From Acutalibacteraceae bacterium (GTDB lineage Bacteria > Bacillota > Clostridia > Oscillospirales > Acutalibacteraceae), in contig JAZSQU010000017.1 of the NCBI GenBank assembly GCA_045538095.1, positions 6,614-70,613 of the forward strand: a stretch of 64,000 nt of DNA, in the 5' to 3' direction. Positions 1 through 10,161 of the stretch are shown here, in pieces. The position numbers and the translations under genes are program-made. Position 1 is the first letter of the stretch; the number at the start of each line of letters is the position of its first letter. Under the pieces are notes generated by a model. That model was given only the letters and a program-made list of their open reading frames with translations, searched no databases and had not been told where the DNA came from.

Positions 1-552
1 AACAGAAATTACTGTGCTTGCAACCTTAACTGCATTACAGCACTTATACTTTGTATCGCCTGTTGCACCTTCTGTTGTACATGTGGGTGCTGCATAACCG
101 TCTACATAAGTTTCGGTTGATGTATGAGCATCTGCATCGATTGCAGTTGTTGTACCCTTGGTTTTAAGTGCATCACAACATGACCAGTGGATATCACCTG
201 TGTAACCGCCAGCTGTACATGTTGCATCTTTCTGTTTCTTAATAACAGTTGCAGTACCTGTATGTGCATCAGCATCAACAGAAATTACTGTGCTTGCAAC
301 CTTAACTGCGTTACAGCACTTATACTTTGTATCGCCTGTTGCACCTTCTGTTGTACATGTGGGTGCCACATAACCGTCTACATAAGTTTCGGTTGATGTA
401 TGAGCATCTGCATTAATTGCAGTTGTTGTACCCTTGGTTTCAAGTGCATCGCAGCATGACCAATATGTGTCGCCTGTGTAACCACCTGCTGTACATGTTG
501 CATCTACTTTGCCCTTAACAACATTTGCAGTGCCCGTATGGTTGTCAGCATC
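1..552 (-). repeat. 276-bp (92-codon) in-frame tandem repeat inside the giant CDS
   Basis: Bases 1-276 recur at 277-552 with only scattered mismatches (1-60 vs 277-336 differ at one base). The array probably continues upstream of the window. Confidence 0.85.
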
Positions 553-3500
553 CTTTTCGCCCCATGCAGTTTCACACTTTTCACAAATTGCCTTAGCAAC
601 ACATGTTGCTGTACCGCCTGAGCAAGCTTCACTTGTTGTTGCACCGCAAGTGCAAGTACCGGTATGAGTTTCACCGTCAGCATTCTGAGCGTAATCGTAA
701 ATGTGGTTACCTGTTGCAGGTTTTTCAATCTTTGTTGTGTAATCACACTTTGAACAGTATTCATATGCTTCCCAACCAGGTGCGCCACAAGTAGGCTCTT
801 TTGCTTCTACTTGTGTAAGTGTATGAGCTGCAACTGTAAGATTCTTATGTGTTATTTCATCACAACGTGAACACTTGTAAATATCATAACCATCGGTTGT
901 ACAAGTATAGTCAATTGTTTCAACATATACTGTGTAATCGTGTCCGAGTATGCCACCTGTTGTCGTGCCGCATACTGTACATGTTGCGGGAGCGTCACAG
1001 GTTGCATTGCCCCAGTTATGCTCTGCGAGAGGAAGATCAATTGTATCTCTGTTAAGTTCTGCATTACACTTTGAACAGTATACTACTAAATCGTAGCTAC
1101 CTGCTACTGTACAAGTTGATTCTTTTATGTTTTCTTCTACTGCTTCACCTTCTGTGTGTTCTGCAAGAGGAAGTTCAACTGTTTCGCTTGAAAGCTTTTC
1201 GTTACATACTGAACAGTAAACTACTGAATCGTAACTACCTGCTACTGTACAGCTTGATTTTTTTCTGTTTTCTTCGACTGCTTCTGCAGGTGTATGATCT
1301 GCAAGAGGAAGATCAATTGTTTCGCTTGAAAGCTTTTCGTTACATACTGAACAGTATACTACTGATTCATAGCTACCTGCTACTGTACAGCTTGATTCTT
1401 TTCTGTTCTCTTCTACTGCTTCACCTTCTGTATGTGCAGCAAGAGGAAGAGCAACTGTATCTCTGTCAAGTTCTGCATTACACTTTGAACAGTATACTAC
1501 TGAATCGTAGCTGCCTGCTACTGTACAGCTTGATTCTGTTCTGTTTTCTTCTACTGCTTCACCTTCTGTGTGTTCTGCAAGAGGAAGTTCAACTGTTTCG
1601 CTTGAAAGCTTTTCGTTACATACTGAACAGTAAACTACTGAATCGTAACTACCTGCTACTGTACAGCTTGATTCTTTTCTGTTTTCTTCGACTGCTTCTG
1701 CAGGTGTATGATCTGCAAGAGGAAGTTCAACTGTTTCGCTTGAAAGCTTTTCGTTACATACTGAACAGTATACTACCGAATCGTAGCTACCTGCTACTGT
1801 ACAAGTTGATTCTTTTATGTTTTCTTCGACTGCTTCTGCAGGTGTATGATCTGCAAGAGGAAGATCAACTGTTTCGCTTGAAAGCTTTTCGTTACATACT
1901 GAACAGTATACTACTGATTCATAGCTACCTGCTACTGTACAAGTTGATTCTTTTCTGTTTTCTTCGACTGCTTCACCTTCTGTGTGATCTGTTGCCTTCA
2001 GAATTTCAGAATAACCGTTGCCGCAATCCTTACATTCCCAAGTCTTGTATCCATCTTCAGTACAAGTTGCGGGCTCAGTATCTGTTACTGTATATGTACA
2101 GCTTGTTGTCTGCTTGTAGCTACATTCTGAGCAGACACGTGACATTTTGCCCTGATTGTCAGTTGTGTTTTTGGGGTCTGCTGCCCAAGCACCGTAAGTA
2201 TGACCGTCATTCTGTTCTCTGCCGCACTTACATGTTTCCTTATGCTGAGTTGCGTTACCGTCAATCTGTGCAAAGGCTGTGCCTTCACCGAAACAAGCTT
2301 CCTTGATGTTCATTGTTGTGCCTACACCGTAAGCTTCACACTTTTCACACTTGTAATCATGGTAATTACCACCGTCAATCTGACGTACAGCGCCGTTAAA
2401 GTTATGTGCTTCTTCTTCATAAGCACTACAAAGCGCATCAGCTGTACAAGTACGTCTGTGAGTTGTACCAGCGTTGAACTGTGCCCAATCACCGTAAACA
2501 TGTTTGCCTGTTGCGGGAATTGTCTCTGTTGTTGTATATGCGCAGTTAGCACAGTCCTTATGCTTTGATCCGGGAGTTACACAAGTAGGTTCTTTGTCGG
2601 TAATCCAATCGCCGAGGTTGTGGTCGATCGTTGGTGTTGTTTCCTGAGCAACGAGAATTGTTCCACAAACTGAGCACTTCTTACCGTCTGTAAGACCTGT
2701 TTCTGTACAAGTTGCAGCTTTGCCGGGAACTAATTCTTCTGTGTGAGCAAGCTGTGCTGCAAGCACTTCACCGCAGACTGTACAAGTCTGAGGAGCTTCA
2801 CATGTTGCTGCTGCACCGGGAGTATGACCTTTAGCAGATTCAAGCTCTGTGCCGCAGATTGTACAGGTCTGAGGAGTTGTACATGTTGCCTCTGCGCCGG
2901 GAGTATGAGCAATCTGTGCTACAAGCTCCACGCCACAAACAGTACAAGACTGGGGAGCTGTGCAAGTTGCCTCTGCACCGGGAGTGTGTTCTGCCATAGG
3001 AACAACTTCCTGAGCTACTGTAACAGTATTACAAACTGAGCAGTGCTTACCTTCTGTAAGGCCTGTCTTTGTGCATGTAGCGGCTACTGCTTCGTCAATT
3101 ACTTCTGTATGAGCAAGCTTTGCTGTTACCGTCTGAGCAACTGTAATTGTTCCGCAAACAGAGCACTTCTTACCTTCTGTAAGACCTGTCTTTGTACATG
3201 TAGCTGCTACTGCAGGAATTACTTCTTCTGTGTGAGCAAGCTGTGCAACTTCTTCAGTTCTTGTCTGACCGCAACCTGTACAGGTATATGTTTTTGTACC
3301 TTCGCTTGTACATGTTGAATCAGGATTAATAACACCATTATCCCATGTGTGCGCATAATTCGTTGCAATTTCATTTACAGTTTTATGTCCTGTAATTGTA
3401 TATTTTTCAGCTGCAGGCCATGTATAAACTGTATGGGTATCATTCACACCGGCACCGTTACTCTTAGTTACGGTGTTTGCTGTAGGTGATGCACTTGTGG

Positions 3501-4461
3501 TATATGAACCGTTATAGTAACCGGCTGCAACGGTTGTTGTTCCGCCATTGTTTGCCTTTATATAATTTACATTATATTTAGGACACTGTATGGTTACATT
3601 AGCCCATGCGCTGGAAACACCACCGTAATAAGTCTGAATCTGGTAAATAATTTTGCCATCTGACGAATTTGCCGGAAGATTGTATTGAACCTCATGATTG
3701 ATAATCATCTGAAGTGTTCCCACACCGCTTGAGACTGATGGATTAAATCCGATAACACCTGAATATCCTGTTGCAGTATTGTTATAAATTCTGTAGGTAT
3801 ATCCGATATCTCTGTTTACCGGAAGCTTAACGCCATACTGGTCATAAAGTGTAGATGAAGTTGTTTTTGTTACAGTACTTGTTGAACCCACTTCCGGAGC
3901 TGTAAAGCTCATAGCTGCAGGTGTAGAAAGTGTAGTACCGGTAGGTACTGTCCAATTTGCATTATATGATGCTCCCCACGCGCTATCATTATAAGTGAGT
4001 CGTCTTTCACTATTTGCAGTCCATGTTCCTTCAGACAGAGCAGTAAGATTACCTATTTTTATTGAATGAAGCTTTCCCTTCCATTTGATAGCACAAGGCC
4101 AACCATTAACAGGACCTGTTTCTGCGCTTGTATCGGAACTTAACCTTCTTGTGCTATCATCTGCCGTTTTAAAAGTATATGTACCATCTGAATATGCACC
4201 GAATGAGTTTACAAGAACATATTCGTCCGTAACTGAGGTATTAATTGAACCGTCAGCATTGATCGGATGATACTGGATTATAACATGTCCCGAACCTGTG
4301 TCTGTCACCTTAACTTCAACATGATAGGATGCATATGATGTAACACTTGGTTGGTCCACAGCAGCGTTAGCCTCTGTAGGAGCCACCCACACCCAACAGG
4401 ACATAATCATCAGCACTGATAAAAACACTGATAAGGCTTTTTTGAAATTTGTTTTTTTCAT
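1..4461 (-). CDS. Large secreted cysteine-rich repeat protein (N-terminal ~1487 codons; C-terminus lies beyond the window start)
   Basis: Missing from the ORF track because there is no stop in the window. Hand translation from ATG 4461 is open to base 1. An in-frame alternative ATG at 4473 abuts the RBS. TAAGGAG RBS at 4474-4480. N-terminus MKKTNFKKALSVFLSVLMIMSCWVWVAPTEANA is a signal peptide. A ~330-aa unique domain follows, then many H-T-x-ATCTxxG-x-CxxC(G/N) modules. Confidence 0.85.
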   Translation of the reverse strand, partial: MKKTNFKKALSVFLSVLMIMSCWVWVAPTEANAAVDQPSVTSYASYHVEVKVTDTGSGHVIIQYHPINADGSINTSVTDEYVLVNSFGAYSDGTYTFKTADDSTRRLSSDTSAETGPVNGWPCAIKWKGKLHSIKIGNLTALSEGTWTANSERRLTYNDSAWGASYNANWTVPTGTTLSTPAAMSFTAPEVGSTSTVTKTTSSTLYDQYGVKLPVNRDIGYTYRIYNNTATGYSGVIGFNPSVSSGVGTLQMIINHEVQYNLPANSSDGKIIYQIQTYYGGVSSAWANVTIQCPKYNVNYIKANNGGTTTVAAGYYNGSYTTSASPTANTVTKSNGAGVNDTHTVYTWPAAEKYTITGHKTVNEIATNYAHTWDNGVINPDSTCTSEGTKTYTCTGCGQTRTEEVAQLAHTEEVIPAVAATCTKTGLTEGKKCSVCGTITVAQTVTAKLAHTEVIDEAVAATCTKTGLTEGKHCSVCNTVTVAQEVVPMAEHTPGAEATCTAPQSCTVCGVELVAQIAHTPGAEATCTTPQTCTICGTELESAKGHTPGAAATCEAPQTCTVCGEVLAAQLAHTEELVPGKAATCTETGLTDGKKCSVCGTILVAQETTPTIDHNLGDWITDKEPTCVTPGSKHKDCANCAYTTTETIPATGKHVYGDWAQFNAGTTHRRTCTADALCSAYEEEAHNFNGAVRQIDGGNYHDYKCEKCEAYGVGTTMNIKEACFGEGTAFAQIDGNATQHKETCKCGREQNDGHTYGAWAADPKNTTDNQGKMSRVCSECSYKQTTSCTYTVTDTEPATCTEDGYKTWECKDCGNGYSEILKATDHTEGEAVEENRKESTCTVAGSYESVVYCSVCNEKLSSETVDLPLADHTPAEAVEENIKESTCTVAGSYDSVVYCSVCNEKLSSETVELPLADHTPAEAVEENRKESSCTVAGSYDSVVYCSVCNEKLSSETVELPLAEHTEGEAVEENRTESSCTVAGSYDSVVYCSKCNAELDRDTVALPLAAHTEGEAVEENRKESSCTVAGSYESVVYCSVCNEKLSSETIDLPLADHTPAEAVEENRKKSSCTVAGSYDSVVYCSVCNEKLSSETVELPLAEHTEGEAVEENIKESTCTVAGSYDLVVYCSKCNAELNRDTIDLPLAEHNWGNATCDAPATCTVCGTTTGGILGHDYTVYVETIDYTCTTDGYDIYKCSRCDEITHKNLTVAAHTLTQVEAKEPTCGAPGWEAYEYCSKCDYTTKIEKPATGNHIYDYAQNADGETHTGTCTCGATTSEACSGGTATCVAKAICEKCETAWGEKDADNHTGTANVVKGKVDATCTAGGYTGDTYWSCCDALETKGTTTAINADAHTSTETYVDGYVAPTCTTEGATGDTKYKCCNAVKVASTVISVDADAHTGTATVIKKQKDATCTAGGYTGDIHWSCCDALKTKGTTTAIDADAHTSTETYVDGYAAPTCTTEGATGDTKYKCCNAVKVASTVISV
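1073..2040 (-). repeat. Seven copies of a 138-bp (46-codon) in-frame tandem repeat inside the giant CDS
   Basis: Anchor word gaacagta recurs at 1073, 1211, 1349, 1487, 1625, 1763 and 1901, an exact 138-bp period. Unit translates as ESTCTVAGSYDSVVYCSVCNEKLSSETVELPLADHTPAEAVEENRK. Confidence 0.9.
2590..3260 (-). repeat. Shorter degenerate Cys-motif modules (~27 and ~40 aa) inside the giant CDS
   Basis: Translation gives successive AHTPGAEATCTAPQSCTVCGVELVAQI-type units and AHTEEVIPAVAATCTKTGLTEGKKCSVCGTITVAQ-type units. Confidence 0.7.
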
Positions 4462-4660
4462 TTTAAATACCATCTCCTTATTAGGATTTGCTCTGACCGG
4501 GTTTTGTCCGTCAGAACTGTGATTTTTTTGTTTTTCCGTATCCTGCCTCAAGGTGAAAACATCTGTCTGCACAACTGACCTCCCTGTGCTTTATATCAGA
4601 ATTCTTTCGCCCCGGGCAAAGCTGACCGATATATACAATATCGGCAATTATACATATTAT

Positions 4661-4689
4661 ATTATAATACATCACTCGCAAATAGTCAA
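4661..4689 (-). promoter_or_regulatory. Sigma-A-type promoter for the giant secreted protein gene
   Basis: Minus strand reads TTGACT, 17 nt, TATAAT (-35 at 4684-4689, -10 at 4661-4666). This implies a ~190-nt 5' UTR containing hairpins. Confidence 0.55.
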
Positions 4690-5044
4690 TATTTACCGAG
4701 CAAAATCCACAAAATCAGTAAATTTTATTTACTTTTTATATGTAAAGCGATTCATATAAATTGTCCCTCTTTAATTTTTGTAAAAACTTCCGGTTCGATA
4801 TTTTCAAACAGAAAACTCTGTGCTGTTCGGCAAAAACCTTAACCGTGACTGTTTCGGTTATCTTCAGGTTCGTCATCATCGCCTGCTATGAAATAATAGT
4901 CACCTATCAATTCATACTTAAACCTGTACATTCATCTGTAATGTATTCTGATAAATTCATATTTTTATCCTCATATCTTATTGACTTATGATATTTGCAA
5001 TTGTATAATTTATTTGGAACAAACAATTTGAAAGGAATGAAAAT

Positions 5045-6527
5045 ATGAACCCACTTTTTTCTTATCACGAAAAGAATCGGAAACAAAGGTTGCAAATGAC
5101 CGTTTGCTTTCCTACGGATTAGGTCTCACCGGTCAGAATATGACCTGTAGCTTTGTTGCAAGCAGATTATTTGTTTATCTTAATACTATTCTCAAAATAC
5201 CTGCCGAAAAAACAGGTATCATCACGGGTGTAAGCACCATGTGGGATGCCATAAATGACCCCATTGTCGGCGGACTTATTGACCGCAGACGCCACAAGCC
5301 CGGCTATAAGCTGCGTCCTTTCCTTCTGTGGACACCTCCCATTATCGCTGTTATTGTATTTATGATGTTCCTTGACTTCGGTTTAACTCAAGGTCAGACC
5401 ATACTCTTAACCCTTATTTTATTCCTTCTTTACGATACATTCTTTTCTCTTCAGGATATCTCAATATGGGGTATGGCCGCTTTATCAAGTCCCGATTCGG
5501 TCGAACGCGGACGAGTTATTCAGTGGATTTCAATTCTTGCAGGCTTTGGTGCTACAATCAGCGGTCTTTTCCCGACCTTCAAGGATATGGTTGTAAAAAA
5601 TGAAATAATGAGTGAAAAACCTCTTACGCCTGGGGCGCTTTTATCTTTGGCGTTGGCGGTATGCTCATAGCAATGCTTGCTTACCGCATGAAAGAAAAGG
5701 TTGAGCCTGCTGAGCCCGAAAACAAGACAAGTATATTAAAGGACATCGCAGACCTGAGACATAACAGAACACTCATAATTGTTTGTCTTGCGAGAATCGT
5801 GCAAAGCATTTCCCTTTCTCTTCCCTGGGAATACTTCTTTGAATCACAAGGTGTTGCCTATAAAGTGTTCGGCACTGAAATTTCAGGCGGTACTGCTCAG
5901 GTTATATATGGCACTGTTCTGGGAATTCCCGGTGCGATTGCAGTGTTCTTTACAACCAAGATTATCAGCCGTATCGGCGGCAATAAAAATCTCCTTGTTT
6001 TCTCTGAAGCAATCACTCTTGTCGCACGTATAATCGCTTTCTATGTGGGTGCAAACGACCGTTTCCTTAATGTAGGTGCTATTTTGGCAGTAATAGCCCT
6101 TCTCAGCATAACTCAGATATTCGCAAATATGAAGGACATTGCACACCGTGCGCTTCTGTCAAACTCCATCGATGAAACCGAGCTTGAAACCGGCAAGCGT
6201 ACAGAAGGTATTGTTTTCTCAATGCAAAACTTTGTTTCAAAGCTCATAAGTGCTGTTCCCAAATTCATTCAGGGCTATGTGCTTAAGTACCTTGGCTTCG
6301 ACCAGAATATCAAGCACGCGGCAAATCAAACCGTTATCAATGCACAGGTCGCTCCTCTTTTCCTCAAATACCGTTGGCATCTGTTCATTCTCGGCCCTGC
6401 AATCGGTTCAGCTCTTTATCTTATAGTTATCCTTTTCCTTAAAGATGATAAAGAACATATAGCAAAAGTTGAAAAACTGCTTAAGGAAAAAAGAGCTGCG
6501 GCTCAAGCTGAAGATGTAACTGTATAA
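5045..6527 (+). pseudogene. GPH-family (MelB/YicJ-like) glycoside-pentoside-hexuronide:cation symporter, interrupted by two frameshifts
   Basis: ORFs 5104-5670 and 5661-6527 are two halves of one transporter (motif DAINDPIVGGLIDRR; paralog of 47488-49011). The ATG at 5045 is in a third frame. The shifts map to a T-run (5054-5060) and an A-run (5614-5619). Confidence 0.7.
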
Positions 6528-6579
6528 TTCATCAGCGAAATTCATAGCATACACTGTCGAAAAACAGGTATAAAAAATA

Positions 6580-6625
6580 CCTCTCTCGAATGAACTCAGT
6601 GTTCAAGCGAGAGAGGTTTTCTCTT
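6580..6625 (+). terminator. Rho-independent terminator after the GPH pseudogene
   Basis: Arms cctctctcg (6580-6588) and cgagagagg (6608-6616), followed by ttttctctt. Confidence 0.55.
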
Positions 6626-6733
6626 GTATGAAATTAATGTAGGAAAGCCGTATACAGTATCATTTTGGTATCACGAGGCTTTCTGAAAGTCTCAAAGCCC
6701 TTGATATATAAGGCTTTGTGAACTTTTTGTTTC

Positions 6734-7735
6734 TTATTCCCACTCAATTGTGCCTGTCGGCTTCGGAGTGAGGTCGTAGAGCACACGGTTGATTCCTTCA
6801 ACTTCACTTGTAATTCTCTGTGTAACCTTGTGAAGCACTGCGTAGGGAATCTCTTCAATAGTTGCTGTCATAGCGTCGGTTGTGTTTACTGCTCTGATAA
6901 TTGCAGGCCAGCCTTCATAACGGCTTTCATCCTTAACGCCTACACTCTTCATATCAGGTACTGCAATAAAGTACTGCCAAACCTTTTCTGCAAGACCGTT
7001 AAGGTCGAATTCTTCACGGAGAATTGCATCTGCTTCTCGGAGTGCGTGAAGTCTGTCTCTTGTAATTGCACCGAGACATCTTACACCGAGACCGGGACCC
7101 GGGAAGGGCTGACGGTATACCATTGCGTGAGGAAGACCAAGTGCTTCACCAACAACTCTTACTTCATCCTTAAAGAGAAGCTTAATAGGCTCAACAAGCT
7201 CCATTTCCATTTCTTCGGGAAGTCCGCCTACGTTGTGGTGTGATTTAACTGCCTTTTTACCTTCAGCCTGCTTAATGCTTTCGAGAATGTCAGGATAAAT
7301 TGTGCCCTGTGCAAGGAAGGTGATTCCGTCAAGCTTTGCGGCCTCTTCGTCAAACACTTTAATAAATTCAGCACCGATAATCTTACGCTTGCTTTCAGGG
7401 TCGCTTACACCTGCAAGAAGGTCAAGAAAACGGTCTGTTGCATCAACATAAACAAGGTTTGCATCAAGTCCGTTTTTGAAAACCTCAATAACATTTTCAC
7501 TTTCACCCTTACGCATAAGGCCGTGGTTAACATGAACACATACAAGCTGCTTGCCGATAGCCTTGATAAGAAGAGCTGCAACTACTGATGAGTCAACACC
7601 GCCTGAAAGGGCAAGAAGAACTTTTTCGTTGCCAACTTGCTCACGGATAAGAGCAACCTGCTCATCGATGAACTCGTTTGCAAGCTCAGGAGTGGTGATG
7701 CGTTTCATTGTTTCGGGACGAATATTATTTTCCAT
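6734..7735 (-). CDS. guaA: GMP synthase ATP-pyrophosphatase plus dimerisation domains only (subunit-B-like; no glutamine amidotransferase domain)
   Basis: 333 aa. PP-loop SGGVDSSV; C-terminal KPTGTIEWE is typical of GuaA. The N-terminus aligns to the linker that follows the GATase domain in fused GuaA. Confidence 0.85.
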   Translation of the reverse strand: MENNIRPETMKRITTPELANEFIDEQVALIREQVGNEKVLLALSGGVDSSVVAALLIKAIGKQLVCVHVNHGLMRKGESENVIEVFKNGLDANLVYVDATDRFLDLLAGVSDPESKRKIIGAEFIKVFDEEAAKLDGITFLAQGTIYPDILESIKQAEGKKAVKSHHNVGGLPEEMEMELVEPIKLLFKDEVRVVGEALGLPHAMVYRQPFPGPGLGVRCLGAITRDRLHALREADAILREEFDLNGLAEKVWQYFIAVPDMKSVGVKDESRYEGWPAIIRAVNTTDAMTATIEEIPYAVLHKVTQRITSEVEGINRVLYDLTPKPTGTIEWE

Positions 7736-7765
7736 TCTGACACCTTCCTTAAATCTTTTCTAATT

Positions 7766-7794
7766 ATTATAACCCCTTTTTTTCTCATTTTCAA
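7766..7794 (-). promoter_or_regulatory. Sigma-A-type promoter for the guaA-like gene
   Basis: Minus strand reads TTGAAA (7789-7794), 17 nt, TATAAT (7766-7771). Confidence 0.55.
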
Positions 7795-7912
7795 GAGGAA
7801 ACATCTATAAAATTCTTAACTTTGAAAAATTTACACTTTGGCCTAAGGGAAGCTTTTAATTAAAGAGCAAATTGTAAAAATTGTATATGCTTTACTTCAA
7901 TCCGAACTTAAT

Positions 7913-10042
7913 TTAAAGCTTCTGATATTTACTTTTGGAGTAATTCTTAACCGAGTTATCGTTGAGTGTTCCTTTGCAGTATTTTATTCCGTACTTGCAG
8001 GTTTTAACCGCGTTTCCGGAAACTGTCGGCGTATTTTTCGCCGCATAAATATATATGCCGTTTTCAGCACAATTTGAAATGCTGTTATTTTTTATCTCGG
8101 ATATTTTGCAGCTCTTACTGTTAATCAGAATACCGTTGCGACACTTTACCTTAAGATCTTTACTGTAACTGTTTTTCTTAAGGTTAATCTGATTGCTGTT
8201 TATCTTTTTTGCACTTGCACTGCTTTTTACCGTAATACCGTCTGCTGCCGAAGATGCAAGGTCAATTTTGTTTTTGCTGACCGAAGCTACAGAAACTGTG
8301 TTATTCAGTAAAATACCACCGCTTTTGCTGTTGCAGACATAATTGGAATCTACCGCAGAAGCAGTTGCCGAGCCTGCAAAGTAAATTCCGTAGCCTTCAG
8401 CAGAATATATTTTATTTGAGCTGATTTTGCTTATATCTGAGTCCTTCACGGCTATTCCGTCGCCCTTCGTTTTCTCTGTTCTGTTTGAGGAGAGGGTGAT
8501 TTTTTCACTTTTAGTATATATATAAATGCCGTCGTTTTTCGCGTTTATAACTTTGTTGGATTTAATAATACCCGTTGAAAGAGTTGCCGCTTTGATGCCT
8601 GTTTCCTTTGTATTTTTTACTGTATTGGAAACAAGCTGAAGGCTGCTGCAATCCTTTATATATATTCCTGAATTAAGGTTTGATTGGATGCTACTTTTAT
8701 CGTAAACAGTATTTTTTGCAACATAAATTTTACTGCCGTTTTCAATTCTGATGCCGTGGTTAAGATTACTGCATTTTTTGGAATTGCTGAATATAATCTT
8801 GTTACCTGTTATGCTGAAATTTGATTTCTCTGAGTATTCCGAGCCGTAGGCATAGCTTACATTGATTGCATAGAAATTATCTTTGCCAATTGAGCTTGTT
8901 ATGGTGTTATTTTTAACCGTAACGCCTGAGATTTTAAGGTTTCCCGAAACAGTTTTTCCGTTTTTATCCTTATACTTTTTCACATCAGAACCAAGCAGTT
9001 TTATACCGAATGAAACTCTTCCGTAACCTTTGTCTTTAAGAGAAATACTATTATCTGAAATCACGGTATTTAATTTTCCGTTTATTTTGTCACCCTCATT
9101 AAAAGGCGCATACAGATGCTCAAGACCGCCTGACGGCACTGTACTGCAGAAAATACCGCTACCACAATCAGAGATTTTGTTACCCGAAATCTTGCTGTTT
9201 TTATAATTGAATGCACTTACAGCGTAACCCGTTATATTTTTAAAGGTGTTATCCGTTATTTTCATATTACTGAAATAGTGGCCGGCAACACCGGAATGAG
9301 TTCCTACACCACGAGAGAGATTAAGAAAACTGCAATCGGAAATTTCAACATTTTTTGTTCCCGTACCATCCATAGCCGGATAGGAAAAGTGCTCTTCTTT
9401 AAGGATATCAATTTGAATTGCTTCACAGTTGTAGCCCTCAGATTTTTTTGAAAAATCCATATCCCTGAAGGTGCAGTCCGCAATTTTTACATTACTGCAG
9501 GCTGCAAAGGTGAGCTGATGATGCACATCATAAGTGTTTCTGAAGGTAACATTTTCAATAATCACATTATTTGCGTGAGCAAAACGCATCAGTGAGGTTG
9601 TGCCGTTATCGTTACCGTCAAGGCAACCATTTTTTAAGGTTATTTCAGAAAAGCCACTATCACTGTAATAGGTTTCATTTGACCTTCCGAAACGTATCAT
9701 AGCAGCGCAATTGCCCATTCTGTAAAAGACAGACTCTGACATGTCAAAAATCATATTGCTGTAAAAATTGAGGCTTGAATGAAGTCCGTATTCACCCTCA
9801 GGAAGTATAAGGGTGTGGATATCATCCTCAGTCCCATTATCCCTTATGTAGTCAATAGCATACTGAATCTGCTTTCTTGCATCAACATTGATATTGTTAG
9901 TAACAACGTCATAAGTTCTGACAATCTCACCGCAACTGTCTTTGACAATAATTTTTTCTGTTTTGCCTGTAGCAGAGGCACCGAAGCAAAAGAAAAGCAG
10001 CAGTGCGCTGATTATAGTTGCAAAAGTTATAAGTTTTTTCAT
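7913..10042 (-). CDS. Secreted right-handed parallel beta-helix (PbH1) repeat protein
   Basis: 709 aa. Signal peptide MKKLITFATIISALLLFFCFGASA. Many N-x-x-I-x-x-N / I-S-x-N-x-I turns typical of the pectate-lyase fold. Confidence 0.65.
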   Translation of the reverse strand: MKKLITFATIISALLLFFCFGASATGKTEKIIVKDSCGEIVRTYDVVTNNINVDARKQIQYAIDYIRDNGTEDDIHTLILPEGEYGLHSSLNFYSNMIFDMSESVFYRMGNCAAMIRFGRSNETYYSDSGFSEITLKNGCLDGNDNGTTSLMRFAHANNVIIENVTFRNTYDVHHQLTFAACSNVKIADCTFRDMDFSKKSEGYNCEAIQIDILKEEHFSYPAMDGTGTKNVEISDCSFLNLSRGVGTHSGVAGHYFSNMKITDNTFKNITGYAVSAFNYKNSKISGNKISDCGSGIFCSTVPSGGLEHLYAPFNEGDKINGKLNTVISDNSISLKDKGYGRVSFGIKLLGSDVKKYKDKNGKTVSGNLKISGVTVKNNTITSSIGKDNFYAINVSYAYGSEYSEKSNFSITGNKIIFSNSKKCSNLNHGIRIENGSKIYVAKNTVYDKSSIQSNLNSGIYIKDCSSLQLVSNTVKNTKETGIKAATLSTGIIKSNKVINAKNDGIYIYTKSEKITLSSNRTEKTKGDGIAVKDSDISKISSNKIYSAEGYGIYFAGSATASAVDSNYVCNSKSGGILLNNTVSVASVSKNKIDLASSAADGITVKSSASAKKINSNQINLKKNSYSKDLKVKCRNGILINSKSCKISEIKNNSISNCAENGIYIYAAKNTPTVSGNAVKTCKYGIKYCKGTLNDNSVKNYSKSKYQKL

Positions 10043-10161
10043 TCAAACACACCCCTTATATTACTACTTAACATTTTACCCTCTTCAGACTGTACTGTCA
10101 ACGGTTTCTGCTATGGAAAAAACTGCCACACCGTAAAGCATGGCAGTAATTAAAACTTACA

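Noticed and set aside
1071-2306. 411-aa plus-strand ORF, Leu-rich and highly repetitive
   Set aside because: It is the antisense frame of the 138-bp repeats of the giant minus-strand gene. The sequence is low-complexity, with no RBS and no plausible fold. The minus strand carries a continuous, signal-peptide-led ORF.
4553-5095. Short ORF-track entries in the AT-rich spacer (4553-4759, 4761-4991, 4907-5095)
   Set aside because: They have no RBS and an AT-rich, low-complexity composition. The region is better explained as the promoter and long 5' UTR of the giant gene plus the upstream region of the transporter.
7736-7912. Purine/guanine riboswitch upstream of the guaA-like gene
   Set aside because: Reading the minus-strand leader, I could not find the conserved three-way-junction core. 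Only a promoter and a short AT-rich leader are visible.
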